NCBI GenBank assembly: GCA_008632985.1
Contig: QPGO01000188.1
Span: 1 to 64,000, forward strand
DNA from: Psammoneis japonica
Taxonomy: Eukaryota
Direction: 5' to 3'
DNA: 64,000 bases
Shown here one piece after another: positions 38,356 through 50,050 of this stretch. A program made the position numbers and the translations under genes. The notes beneath the pieces were generated by a model. That model did not search any database and was not told the origin of the DNA. It saw only the letters and a list, made by a program, of their open reading frames with translations. Within the stretch, counting starts at the first letter, position 1. Each line of letters starts with the position of its first letter.

Positions 38356-39575
38356 GTGATGAAGCCAGGTCAAGCAAAATGGCTTCTGTGGCATGTCAAC
38401 AAAAGCGCGCATGGCATGGGAATGGCGTGTTGCGGGAGAGAGGTTGACGTGCTCACCCAACATGCTGTGACCTCCAACACACAGAGCCGAGGATGAGCAC
38501 ATCATGGGGGACAAACGGGCTTCCCCATGATGCAGAGACGGATTTCACCGATTTGTCCCCTCACATGCTGCATCTTGGCTTTTTTGTAAAATGCAACAAT
38601 GACAACGTGAGGGCAGCTGCGACAACAACTTGAGTCACAAGGGTGGCACAACTGCTGCCGCTGCCACCGCCATTTTTCCATTCATGATTTTGTGCCCTTG
38701 ACCACTTTGCACTTTTGCTCTTCCTGGTTTTTTGCCATTGGCCACTTTGTGCCCTTTGTGCCTTTTGCACTGCCCTTGGCCAATTTGTGCCCTTTGCAAC
38801 TTTGTGCCCTCAGCTGCCCTTTTGCACTCTCACACCATTCAGTGATTTTTTTTGTGCCCCAGGAAAGTTTGCACCCTTTGTGATTTTGTGCTCAACTCCC
38901 ATTTTTTGTCATTTTTGGTTTTGTGCCCTTGGCCATTTTGCACCTTTGAGATTTTGTGCCCTCAGTCATGTTGCGCAATTCTTGATTTTGTGCCCTTGAC
39001 CTTTTTGTGCCCTTGGCTGTTTTGTGCCCTTTCCTTTTTTTGTGCCCTTGAGCATTTTGTGCTTTTCATGGTTTTGTGCCCTTGGCCATTTTGCGCCCTT
39101 TGTGGCTTTGTGCCCTTGGCCATTTTGTGCCTTTTTTGGTTTTGGGCCCTCAGCCGCATTTGGTGCCCCTCATGATTTTGTGCCTTCAGCAATTTTTGGC
39201 CATTGTGGTTTTGCGCCCTTTGCCATTTTGGACCCTTTCTGATTTTTTGCCCTTGGCAGCTTTGAGCCCTCAGCCACCATTTTGCACCCTCAGTCATTTT
39301 GTGACCTCAGCAATTTTGTGCCCCTGCCTGGTTTGTGCCCTTTGTGATTTGGTGCCCTCAACAGACATTTTTTGTCCTTTTTGATTTTGTGCCCTTGGCC
39401 ATTTTGCTGGTCACAGCAGAGCTGCAGAACAACAAGAACCTGCCCGATGAAGAACGTGGAGCAAAGGAGAGAAAGTGCATGAGATGCCTGGGGCACTTCA
39501 TGGCAGGGAACTCCAAGAACGGAGATGCGGAAGGGAGCGCACCCAGGAAACGCAAGAGGGAGGATTTTTGCAGGA

Positions 39576-39835
39576 GGCCTGTTCCAGCTCCAGGTGCTCT
39601 GCTTTTCATCACGCGAGAGGCCGATTTTCTGCGCAGTTCAGCACAATTGACTCCTTCAATTTTGATCGTTTCGAAAATCGAAAGGTGAGTGTACACCCAA
39701 AAATGCGTTCCAAGGGCACACTCACCCTTCGATTTGGCAAAAAACGGATTTGGAAAAAGCCAATTGCGCCAAATGCACAAATTTCCAAATGATGGGAATC
39801 GAACCCGCGCGGAGCACCTGGAGCTGGAACAGGCC
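39576..39835. mobile_element. 260-bp MITE with perfect 24-bp TIRs
   Basis: GGCCTGTTCCAGCTCCAGGTGCTC and GAGCACCTGGAGCTGGAACAGGCC. TSD AGGA. The empty site GCAGGAAGATTG is present in other repeat copies. Confidence 0.92.
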
Positions 39836-40077
39836 AGGAAGATTGTGGCAGAGCGTGACTGGAAAGTGGAGGAGGGGGGCAATGGGTTGGGGGATGAGGA
39901 AAGCCACGTGGTGGGTTGCACTGAGACACACGAGCTGGAGCCAACACCTGTTGGGCAGACAATGTGTGAAAAGTGGCAGTCACGTTTGTTGCAAATGACG
40001 TTGCAGACACAATCTAAATTGAATGACTGCATTCCACGGTGCCAACCGGAGAGCAATTGGGGAAGGGCGCAACACAA

Positions 40078-40466
40078 GACGGGTTCCAGTCCCAGGTGGG
40101 ACTTTTTGTGACATTTGACCCGTGGAATTCTACGTGCGAGCTCTGCAGTTCATGCTCTGGCCAATGGACATGTTTGTCTTCGACATGGAACAAACGGCCA
40201 AGTTTGCAGCACATGTGTCCATGTGCGCACTCAAAGTTTTGGATGACACGCCTGCCCTGCGCCATTCTTAAGACACTCGAGAATGGCGTAGAAGAAAAAA
40301 ATGTTAAAAGTTGTTGAATGGATCGCCTGACAATTGCACTGTAAAATGACACAAAATTTCGCCAAAATCACGTAGAAATGCACGTGCGCGACATGCGACG
40401 CGATTCAAAAAACTGTCGATGTCACAGTTCAGCAGTGCGAGGTCCCACCTAGACCTGGAACACGCC
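40078..40466 (+). mobile_element. MITE, subfamily B (retains many TpA)
   Basis: TIRs as in the other copies. TSD ACAA. Confidence 0.92.
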
Positions 40467-42619
40467 ACAAGTGGTGCCTTGGGAAACCAGTCAACCGATC
40501 TGTTGTCAGCCAGTTGTTGGATGTGTTTGAGTGGGTGCGCCAGAGTTTTTGGCCTGCTCACTTTCCACGCGGCCTGGTGCAACCCAAATCTGTGTAGATT
40601 CAGCACGCTTTGCCCTGCAGAACAGTTTTTGGAAGTGTTTTCTGGCTCGCGGCTCAAAATGACATGCAAAACAGCACGGACAATGGTGCTTTGCCAAATT
40701 GAAAAATGCGATTGTCTCTGAGGTTGGAACCTGGATGCTCTCAACGGAGTTCGGTGCATTGTGTCATCTTGTGCGAGATGAGCTCGAGAGCATCCAGGCT
40801 CACATGGGCAGATTGTGGCAAAAATTCTTGCTGAAGGCTCACATTGACAATGTCGCTTCTGTTGCATCATGACCAACCTCATGCACTGCCATTCGTGCTG
40901 TGTGTTTTGTTGAGGCTTCACGTGTTTGCAGCCGTTCAACTTGCATGCAATTTCTCTTTCTGCACTGTTCTTTTGTTCTGTGGGGTCTCTGTTGTCATGA
41001 GGCACCCCAGAGACACTTTTTCTTGTCAAGAATGTCATCTCTGAAGTGCGGTGGCCATGGCAATTCAATGATGAAGCCAAGTCACAGACACAGCATCAGG
41101 AAGAGTTCACAACAAACATGGTGACTTGGAGCTGTCATGTCTTGAGCTGGGTGAGCTCTCAAGAGCTCAAGTGCATCATCAGGCAGTTTTGACAACATTT
41201 CTTCCCCACTGTCCATGGTGATGCTGTGTTTGATTTGGCAGACCAGTGCATCATGGTGACTCTAAAGGCAAAGATTGCTTCTTTTGGCTGTGAGGCAGTT
41301 TACAACCTGGAAACATGTGACTTGTTTGCATGAAAGTGCGCGAGATGCCTGGAGCACTTCACGACAGGGAGCTCCAAGAACGGAGATGCGGAAGGGAGTG
41401 CACCCAGGAAACGCAAGAAGGAGGATTTTTGCAGGAAGATTGTGGCAGAGCATGACAGGAAAGCGGAGGAGGGGGGCAATGGGTCGGGGGATGAGGAGAG
41501 CCGCATGGTGGGTTGCGCTGAGACACATGGGCTGGAGCCAAAACCTGCTTGGCAGACAATGTGGGAAAAGCGGTGATGATGAGTTTAGCTTGGCAGACCA
41601 GTGCATCATGGTGACTCTAAAGGTGTGGATTGCTTCTTTTGGCTGTGGGGCAGTTTGCAGCCCAGAAACATGTGACTTGTTTGCACGAAAGTGAGCAAGA
41701 TGCCTGGAGCGCTTCACAGCAGGGAACTCCAAGAACGGAGATGTGGAAGGGAGTGCACCCAGGAAATGCAAGAGGGAGGATTTTTGCAGGAATCAAACAG
41801 TGACTGTGCAGTCATTGGTTTTGCATGGGAATCATGCAGAGTGCACGAGCAAAGTGGTCATTGTGACTTTTCTTCATGTAGAAGCCACGTGAAATTGCCA
41901 TACATTGTCACATGCGTGCACGAATGATGACCAAAAAACCAGTCACGCGACACACTTGCCGTGTCATGAGAATCAGCGAGCAATTGACACGGTGACTGGA
42001 GCCGTGACCAATTCCAGAATCAGAACACGGCAACCGTGGTGATTCCAGAAATCACCACAGTTGAAGTTCGCTGGCACAAAACACACATGGGACTTGCGTT
42101 GGGCAATCCATCAGGTTCTCAAATTTTCCCGACCCCTGCTCCCCGCCCCAAACTCCCCACAGCCAGACGCTTGGGGTCAGTGCATTGTGCACTCAGATTT
42201 ATGAGGTCCTGAAGATTGCAAACGACATTGTCATTGCCTGACATGTTCAGAATTACATGAGCGGGTAAATTGCATCACATGTGCGAGACGCACCTGTGCT
42301 TGTGTGCCACAATGCACGCCGTTGAACAACAAAATTCAAACATTCAATGGCGCAGAAGACAATGTTCGAAACACACCAGTGGCTCACTTTTTGGATCGTG
42401 GCGTTGTTTGCCGTCTAGCAAGTTAAAACACTGGCAACACTAAAATGCTGGCAATGCCAACATGCCAGCGACACTGTCGCATCATCCTTCCCCATTTTGT
42501 CTAAAAGAACATTGTCCTGCATCATGCCACACCCGCCGCGGCTCCTCTTCTTGTCCCTGAAGTCTTGAATTTGCTCCTCCAAAAAATGAACTCGCCCCGA
42601 GAGTTGTGTTTCTTGGAGC

Positions 42620-44990
42620 TTAGATTGAGCAAGCTTGTTTTTTTGGATTTTGACATTTCACACCCGCTTGTGCCATGGTGTCCTTGAGACGGCGGATCTC
42701 TTGATCTTGGTTGCTGATGGTTTGCTCTTGGTTTTGAATTGTTCCTTGCGCAGTCTCAAGCTTCAACTCCAAAGTTGCATGATTTGACCGCAGCTGCACT
42801 GTCTCTTTCTGGGCGTCACAACACTTCTGGTCCATCATCTCAAGAGAGCTCTTCATTTTCTCAATGGAGGCATTGTGGCGATCAATGCGATCCTCCAAAG
42901 AAATGATCAAATCTTTTGTGTGCATTTTGTTGACCAGTTCGCGGAGCTCAGCATTTTCCTTTTCAACCAAAGATGTTGATTTGGAAAGGTCATTGTTTTT
43001 CAAATTCAACGCAGCATTGGCAGATTCTAGATCAGCAACTTGAGATTCCAGCGTCTGGACAGCGGACTCTAGCTCCGTTTTCTCTGTGCACAAACTCGCC
43101 AATTCCGAGGATGGCGCTGAATGATCGCTCAACAATGCAGTCTTGTGGGACTCTGAGGTTGCCATGGATGATGCTGGAACAGAAGCTCCATCTGCAAAGG
43201 TGGCTGCAGCTGACGCATCCTGAACCGACACGTTCTGAACCGATGCATTCTGAGCCGATGCATTCTGAACAGACGCATTCTGAACCGACGCGTCCTGAAC
43301 CGATGAGTCCCCAAACGATGCATTCTGAACCGACGCGTCCTGAACCAACGCGTCCTGAACCGACGCGCTCTGAACCGACGCGCCCTGATTCCCAGCCAGC
43401 ACATTCTGCACTTGATTGTCAAGCAGATTGCTTTGACGAACATGCGGCAACTGGCTCTCTGACGAGTTGTGCCTCACATGAGTTTGCATCTCTTTCGGGT
43501 GCAAGTCAGTGGATGCCAACAAAGCAATCATCAACGCATGGTTGCTGTGGCTGGTCACTTGCTCCCAGTTGTTGAAACCGCACAGCTGAGCGATGCACTT
43601 CATTTCATCCAAAACAACATTGACGCCAATGACACCCACAGTCTTTCCAGGCCTTGCACGACAGGCCGGACCATCCAGCTTGTGCTGTTGCTTTTGCTCA
43701 TCCGTCGCCTCTCACTGCAAAAATCTCTCTTGATCCAGAGGACACCAAGTCCGACACACAGCAATGAGCTTGAGCGGACACAGGGTTCATGGGCATTTCA
43801 CGAACGTGTGTTCCATCGAGGAGCTGCTTTTGGAGCATGGGACTCTTGATCCTTGGTTTGTTGACTTTGTCCTCATCAAGTTGCACCCTGACATGCAACT
43901 TCCCGACGTCTGGTCCAGATTCACACTTGCCCATTGTCACATTGTCCCATGTGAGACAGGCAATCTCCTTGTCACCACGCAACCCAAAATGGCGCCCCAG
44001 TGCAAAAATCAAAGCAGGTGTCATGTCTTTGTAGTCTTCCATGGGTCAAAACTTGCCTTCACAGATTTTTGCCGCTGTCTTCTGATCTGCCCCAATGTTG
44101 ACGTGTGACTTGTTCTTGCCAACGCCAAAAGACCTGTCCCCCTCTCACTGCTTCTTCCGTTCATCTTCCAAAATGGAACACCAGCCGCCTTTCTGTTTGA
44201 ATTCCTTGTCGTCATACTTGCACTGAATGCCATGTCTCGCAAAGGTTTGAAAAAGTTGCTTCACGTGCTGGGTGAACATGGACGGCTCACACATTTCACC
44301 AGTCTTTACATTGCGCCAGCGATGGACAATGAGAACAAGACAGAAATTCAAAATCTCATGCTTGTGTTGCGTTTTCTCTCCCGCAAGTGTCTTGTAGAAA
44401 ACCCGCACAGTCTCAATGGACTCTTCCGACTCGATTTCCTTGAGAAGACACTGTAGCCTCTCACCGCCTGATTCTTCCATTGTTGCAAAAAAGCGCACCT
44501 CCAACTTGTCTCTTGCATTTGAATGCTGAGCTGAAATGCCAGAAGCCTTCTTGGTGTTTTGCATTTCTTGCGCAGTGAGATCTGAGCCAGAGCGCATCCC
44601 GCAGTGAAGGCTTTTAGCCAGTTCTCTCTACATTTGCTCGTCATTGCATTCCAAAGCAGGTGCAGCAGTGGGTGCTGCAGCTGTTGTTGGTGCCGCTGCA
44701 CATGCCACTGGTGCATTGGCATTGGCACATGAAAACGACCCGTTGCTCCCCTGATGTTCGTGGCATCCATCAGTGTTGTCGTTGCAGCCAAAGTGGTCAG
44801 CTTGAGGTGGAGCAACAGAATTGGATGTTGATGTGTTGTGCAAGCCCACAAGAAATTTGACTGCCATTCCCGTGTTTTGCGTCAGCGGCGGGGCGTCTTG
44901 TTCGTCTTCTTCTTCTTCTTCTTCTTCAGACAAGCTGCTTGAAGAATGATCAGGCAGATGAAAGCTGCTTTCTTCTTCAAAATTCATCAT
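42620..44990 (-). pseudogene. Tyrosine recombinase (Crypton/DUF3504-like) with a repeat and coiled-coil tail
   Basis: FGLRGDKEIACLTW (first Arg box), VTSHSNH (HxxR), VRHNSSESQLPH (H...Y, with Tyr now His). Stops and a frameshift are present. Confidence 0.75.
43211..43385 (-). repeat. 15-bp coding minisatellite (ASVQN/ASVQD), about 11 units
   Basis: GCATTCTGAACCGAC-type units on the + strand. Confidence 0.88.
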
Positions 44991-45489
44991 CCACAAACAG
45001 CACTGTCAAATCTGTTGAAGAGCAAAATCAACAATCACAATGTTCAGTGTGAGAGCAACAAATGTGTGAAGAACCGATTCTTCAAAAATGAATGTCGGAC
45101 CGTTGCGAGCGCTGGTCATTGGCATGCAAAAAAACGCCCACAATCAACAATCAACAACAGCAATGACACTTGTGCTTGACAAATTCCCTCAACAAAAACA
45201 ATTCCTGCACTGTTGCTGTTTGATTCCTGGCGTGATCCACACTCGCCGCTCAACGGAGTTGTCTCTCCCACACTCGTGCACTCACCTTGGGTCATTTGAT
45301 TTCTCGTCTTGTGTCGACTGCATCTCCACTCGCCTCAAAATCAAACTCCCCTTGGTTCGTGTCGCACTCGGTGCTCGTTCTGATTCCTCACAGAATCACG
45401 CAAAATCACGCACTCGCGCTTGCACGCAAGTGACGTGATTTCTGTGTGATTCCGGTGATTTCGCGTGACTGCCGTGTGATTGCTCAACA

Positions 45490-47570
45490 GAAGATTGTGG
45501 CAGAGCGTGAAAGGAAAGTGGAGGAGGGGGGCAATGGGTTGGGGGATGAGGAAAGCCGCGTGGCGGGTTGCACTGAGACACACGAGCTGGAGCCAACACC
45601 TGTTTGGCTGAAAAATGCGATCGTCTCTGAGGTTGGAACCTGGGCACTCTCAACGGAATTTGGTGCGTCACATCATTTTCGCATTTTTGCATTTTCGCAT
45701 TGTGGCATTTTCGCATTTTCGCATTTTCACATTTTCGCGAAGCTCCAAAGGCGGTCTTCAAATCGAGAACAATCTTGCCACATGTTGCAGGGGGGCACTG
45801 AAGGGACACAGCCCGGCTGGCGGGGCGCTGATCACAAACAAGATTTGTGGTGCAAGTGTTTGGCGCTGGGGGCACCTTTGAGATTTTGTGCCCTCAGCCA
45901 TGTTGCGCAATTCTTGATTTTGTGCCCTTGACCTTTTTGTGCCCTTGGCTGTTTTGCGCCCTTTCCTTTTTTTTGCCCTTGAGCACTTTGCCCCATCTGG
46001 CGGTTTTGTGCCCTTGGCCATTTTGCACCCTTTGTGACTTTGTGCCCTTGGCCATTTTGTGCCTTTTTTGGTTTTGGGCCCTCAGCCGCATTTGGTGCCC
46101 CTCATGATTTTGTGCCTTCAGCAATTTTTGGCCATTGGTTTTGTGCCCTTTGCCACCTTGGACCCTTTCTGATTTGTTGCCCTTGGCAGCTTTGTTCCCT
46201 CAGCCGCCATTTTGCACCCTCAGTCATTTTGTGACCTCAGCAATTTTGTGCCCCTGCCTGGTTTGTGCTCTTTGTGATTTGGCGCCCTCAACAGACTTTT
46301 TTTGTGCTTTTAGATTTTGTGCCCTTGGCCATTTTGCTGGTCACGACAGAGCTGCAGAACAACAACAACCTGCCCGACAAAGAACGTGGGGCAAAGGAGA
46401 GAAAGTGCATGAGGTGCCTGGAGCACTTCATGGCAGGGAACTCCAAGAACGGAGATGCGGAAGGGAGTGCACCCAGGAAATGCAAGAGGGAGGAATTTTG
46501 CAGGAAGATTGTGGCAGAGCGTGACAGGAAAGTGGAGGAGGGGGGCAATGGGTTTGGGGGGCGAGGAAAGCCACGTGGGGGGTTGGACCCAGTCACATGA
46601 GCTGGAGCCAACACCTGTTTGGCAGACAATGTGTGAAAAGTGGCAGACACATTTGTCACAAATGACATTGCAGACACAATCTAAATTGAGTGACTGCATT
46701 CCACGGCGCCAACCAGAGAGCAGTTGGGGAAGGGCACAACACAAGCGGCGCTTTGGGAAACCAGTCAACCGATCTGTTGTCAGTCAGTTGTTGAATGTGT
46801 TTGAGTGGGCGCACTGGAGTTTTTGGCCCGCTCACTTTCTACGTGGCCTGGAACAACCCAAGTCTGTGCAGACTCAGTGCGTTTTGCCCTGCAGAACAGT
46901 TTTTGGGAGTGTTCTCTGGCTCGCGGCTCAAAATGACGTGCAAAATGGCGCGGATGATGGCGTTTTGCCAAATTGAAAAATGCGATCATCTCTGAGGTCG
47001 GAACCTGGATGCTCTCAACGGAGTTTGGCACTGTCACATCATCTTCTGCGAAGACAAGCTTGAGAACATCCAGGCTCACATGGGCAGATCATGGCAAAAA
47101 TTCTTGCTGAAGGTTCGCATTGACAACGTCACTTCTGTTGCATCACAACCAACCTCATGCGTTGCCATTCGTGCTGTGTGTTTTGTCAAGGCTTCACATG
47201 TTTGCAGCCGTTCAATTTGCGCACAATTTCTCTTTCTGCATTGTTCTTTTGTTCTGCAGGGTCTCTGTTGTCGTGAGGTGTCCCAGAGACACTTTTTCTT
47301 GTCAAGAATGTCATTTCTGAAGTGCGATGGCCACGGCAATTCAACGACGAAGCCAAGTCACAGACACAGCATCAGGAAGAGTTCGCGACAAACATGGTGA
47401 CTTGGAGCTGTGATGTCTTGAGCTGGATGAGCTCTCAAGAGCTCAAACACATCATCAGGCAGTTTTGACAACATTTCTCCCCGACTGTTCATGGTGGCTC
47501 TAAAGGCAAAGATTGCTTCTTTTGGCTGTGGGGCAGTGCACAACCTGGAAACATGTGACTTGTTTGCACT
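45490..47570. repeat. Modular macro-repeat copy
   Basis: Module order is (CGCATTTT)n, GTGCCCTT array, GA-rich module, downstream module. Confidence 0.85.
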
Positions 47571-47789
47571 GTTTGTCAGCCAATGCAACAACATCAGAGC
47601 GCAAATTGTGGCGATCCTTGCCACCCTTCTCATGGGTAATTTTTGCTGCCATTGTGGGCATGAATGTCAAGGTTTCAATCCTTGGTGGTTGTGCAGACCG
47701 TGATTTTTTGTCACATGTTGCAGCGCACAATTTTTCACCATGGGAATGGGTGGTTGGCCAGCCAGAGTGTCCACTGGTGGCAAAATGAG

Positions 47790-47951
47790 CTTCAGTGTGG
47801 ACGACGCACAGATGCAAGGGTGCGCCACAAAATGACTCAAAATGTCAAAAAAACACGTGGAAATCTGCGCGCGCGACATGCGACGTGATTCAAAAAACTG
47901 TCGATGTCACAGCTCAGCAGTGCGAGGTCCCACCTGGACCTGGAACGCGTC
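47790..47951 (+). mobile_element. Right end of a truncated subfamily B MITE
   Basis: ...GAGGTCCCACCTGGACCTGGAACGCGTC matches the end of 22537-22926. The left boundary is approximate. Confidence 0.8.
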
Positions 47952-49245
47952 TGAGGTCAAACGAGATTTAACCAGGCCAGTTTCAAGTCAAAAAAGGTGT
48001 TTGCTCTGAGCCAAGCAAGGTGTGGGTCAAACCCTTTGAGGTCAAATGAGATTTTGCTCGAGCCATTTGTGGTCAAACATTGTTTTGATCTCTTGGCAAA
48101 ACAAGGTGTGGGTTGAACCGTTTGGGGTCAAATGTGATTTTGCTTGGGGTCAAACGAGATTTGGCTGTTTGAGGTCAAACTCATTTTGAGCTCTTTGCTC
48201 TGTCCCAAGTGAGGTTGGATCAAACCATTTGAGGTCAAATTGGATTTTGCTTGAGCCGTTTGAGGTCAAATTCATTTTGAGCTCTTGGCAAAACAAGGTG
48301 CAGTTTGATCTGTTTGGGGTCAAACAAGATTTTGCTTGCACCGTTTGAGGTCAAATGAGATTTGGCCAGGCTTGTTTCAAGTCAAAAAAACTTTTTTCTC
48401 TGGGCCAAGCAAGGTTGGGTCATGCCGTTTGAGGTCAAATGAGATTTTTTGCTTGAGCCGTTTGAAGCCAAACTGATTTTGAGCTCTTGGCAAACAAGGC
48501 GCGGTTTGATCTGTTTGAGGTCAAACTCAAACAAGATTTGGCCAGGCTTGTTTTAAGTGAAAAAAGGTTTTTTGCTCTGGGCCAAGCAAGGTGTGGGTCA
48601 AACCATTTGGGGTCAAATGAGAGCTGGCTGGGCTTGTTTGGGGTCAAACCCATTTTGAGCACTTGGCAAAATGGGGTTTGGATTGAACCGTTTGAGGTCA
48701 AATGAGATTTTGCTTGAACCATTTGAGGTCAAATGAGATTTGTCCAGGCTTGTTTCAAGCAAAAAAAGGTTTAAAGTCGAAAAAAGCTTTTTGCTCTGGG
48801 CCAAGCAAGGTGTGGGTCAAACCGTTTGAGGTCAAATGAGAGCTGGCTGGGCATGTTTGGGGTCAAACTTGTTTTGAGCACTTGGAAAAACAAGGTGTGG
48901 ATTGACCCATTTGAGGTCAAACAAGATTTTGCTTGAAACGTTTCAGGTCAAACAAGATTTGGTCAGGCTTGTTTCAAGTCAAACACATTGTGAGCACTTG
49001 GCAAAACATGGTGTGGGTTGAACTGTTTGAGGTCAAATGAGATTTTGCTTGAACCATTTGAGGTCAAACGAGATTTGTCCAGGCTTGTTTCAAGCAAAAA
49101 AGGTTTAAAGTCAAAAAAAGCATTTTGCTCTGGGCCAAGCAAGGTGTGGGTCAAACCGTTTGAGGTCAAATGAGAGCTGGCTGGGCATGTTTGGGGTCAA
49201 ACTTGTTTTGAGCACTTGGAAAAACAATGTTTGGGTTGAACCGTT
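47952..49245. repeat. Satellite built on TTTGAGGTCAAA subunits (~30-45 bp) with higher-order structure
   Basis: Recurrent TTTGAGGTCAAATGAGATTTTGCTTGAACCG, GCCAGGCTTGTTTCAAGTCAAA and GGCCAAGCAAGGTGTGG. Confidence 0.92.
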
Positions 49246-50050
49246 TTTTCTGAGTGCTTGGTCATAAAGAGGGTTGACAATTCGTGTGTTGCACAAATTG
49301 CGGGACTGTTTTGCACAGAGTGTGTGCATGCGTGACAGCAAGACACACCACGTCTTCAGTCCCTGTGCGGAACCAATCATGCTCGGCACTGCATGCATCC
49401 TGCGCAGTCCCTTCATGCAAGGTGAGTCACGTGCGCAATGGCCAGTTGTGCCAGTCTCAGTTGTGTGGAACTCCCGCAGCCCTTCGTGGGTCTCATGCTG
49501 AGAGTCACGTTTCCCAATGCGTGCTTCTGTGGGATCAGTGTTGCTGCGGACAGCCTGCAGATGCAGGAAAGCAGCATCATCGGCACCTGTGGTGGGGATG
49601 CCTGCTGCACTTGCCCCTGTGACAAGGTCGCACGAGTGACAGATGAGGGTCCTGCTGCTGGAAAAGGACATTTTTTGTTGTGTCCAAAAAACCAGCACAC
49701 CTTCTCACACACGAAGGATGACATTTTCATTGACTTGAGCAACTGCAGCTGGCCCTGCATGACAATTGTCGGTGCCGCTGTTTGTCCGTTGTTCACGCTC
49801 AATTCTCACGCTTGTCTGTCAAGCGGAGTGTTTTCTGATTTCTGTCCAAGACATGCCTCCACTTGTTGCAAAAGGCAACGGACAATCTTGCATCACGTCC
49901 AAAGACCAACTGCATGGAGTTGCCTTGACAGTGGTGTGCACAGTTGCACGGCAGAAAGTTTCAGTCCAAGGGTCGTCTTCATCTGGCTCCATGTTCTTGC
50001 ACTCGGAGCACAGGGGCACTGTGCCAAGAACGCACATGCTGGCATGGCAG
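49246..50050 (-). pseudogene. Unknown decayed coding-like sequence; uninterrupted paralog of the LINE target
   Basis: 49260-49610 aligns to 51620-51829 plus 60047-60185 (DSPCMKGLRRM). Confidence 0.45.

Larger units (their letters stand above)
38685..41792. repeat. Modular macro-repeat copy with two MITE insertions
   Basis: Aligns to 10820-11433, 20411-21350 and 46260-47570. Confidence 0.85.
41793..45489 (-). mobile_element. Crypton-like tyrosine-recombinase element
   Basis: Interrupts the macro-repeat at ...TTTGCAGGAA|...|GAAGATTGTGG. No LTR, RT or long TIR. Contains a YR-like ORF. Confidence 0.7.
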
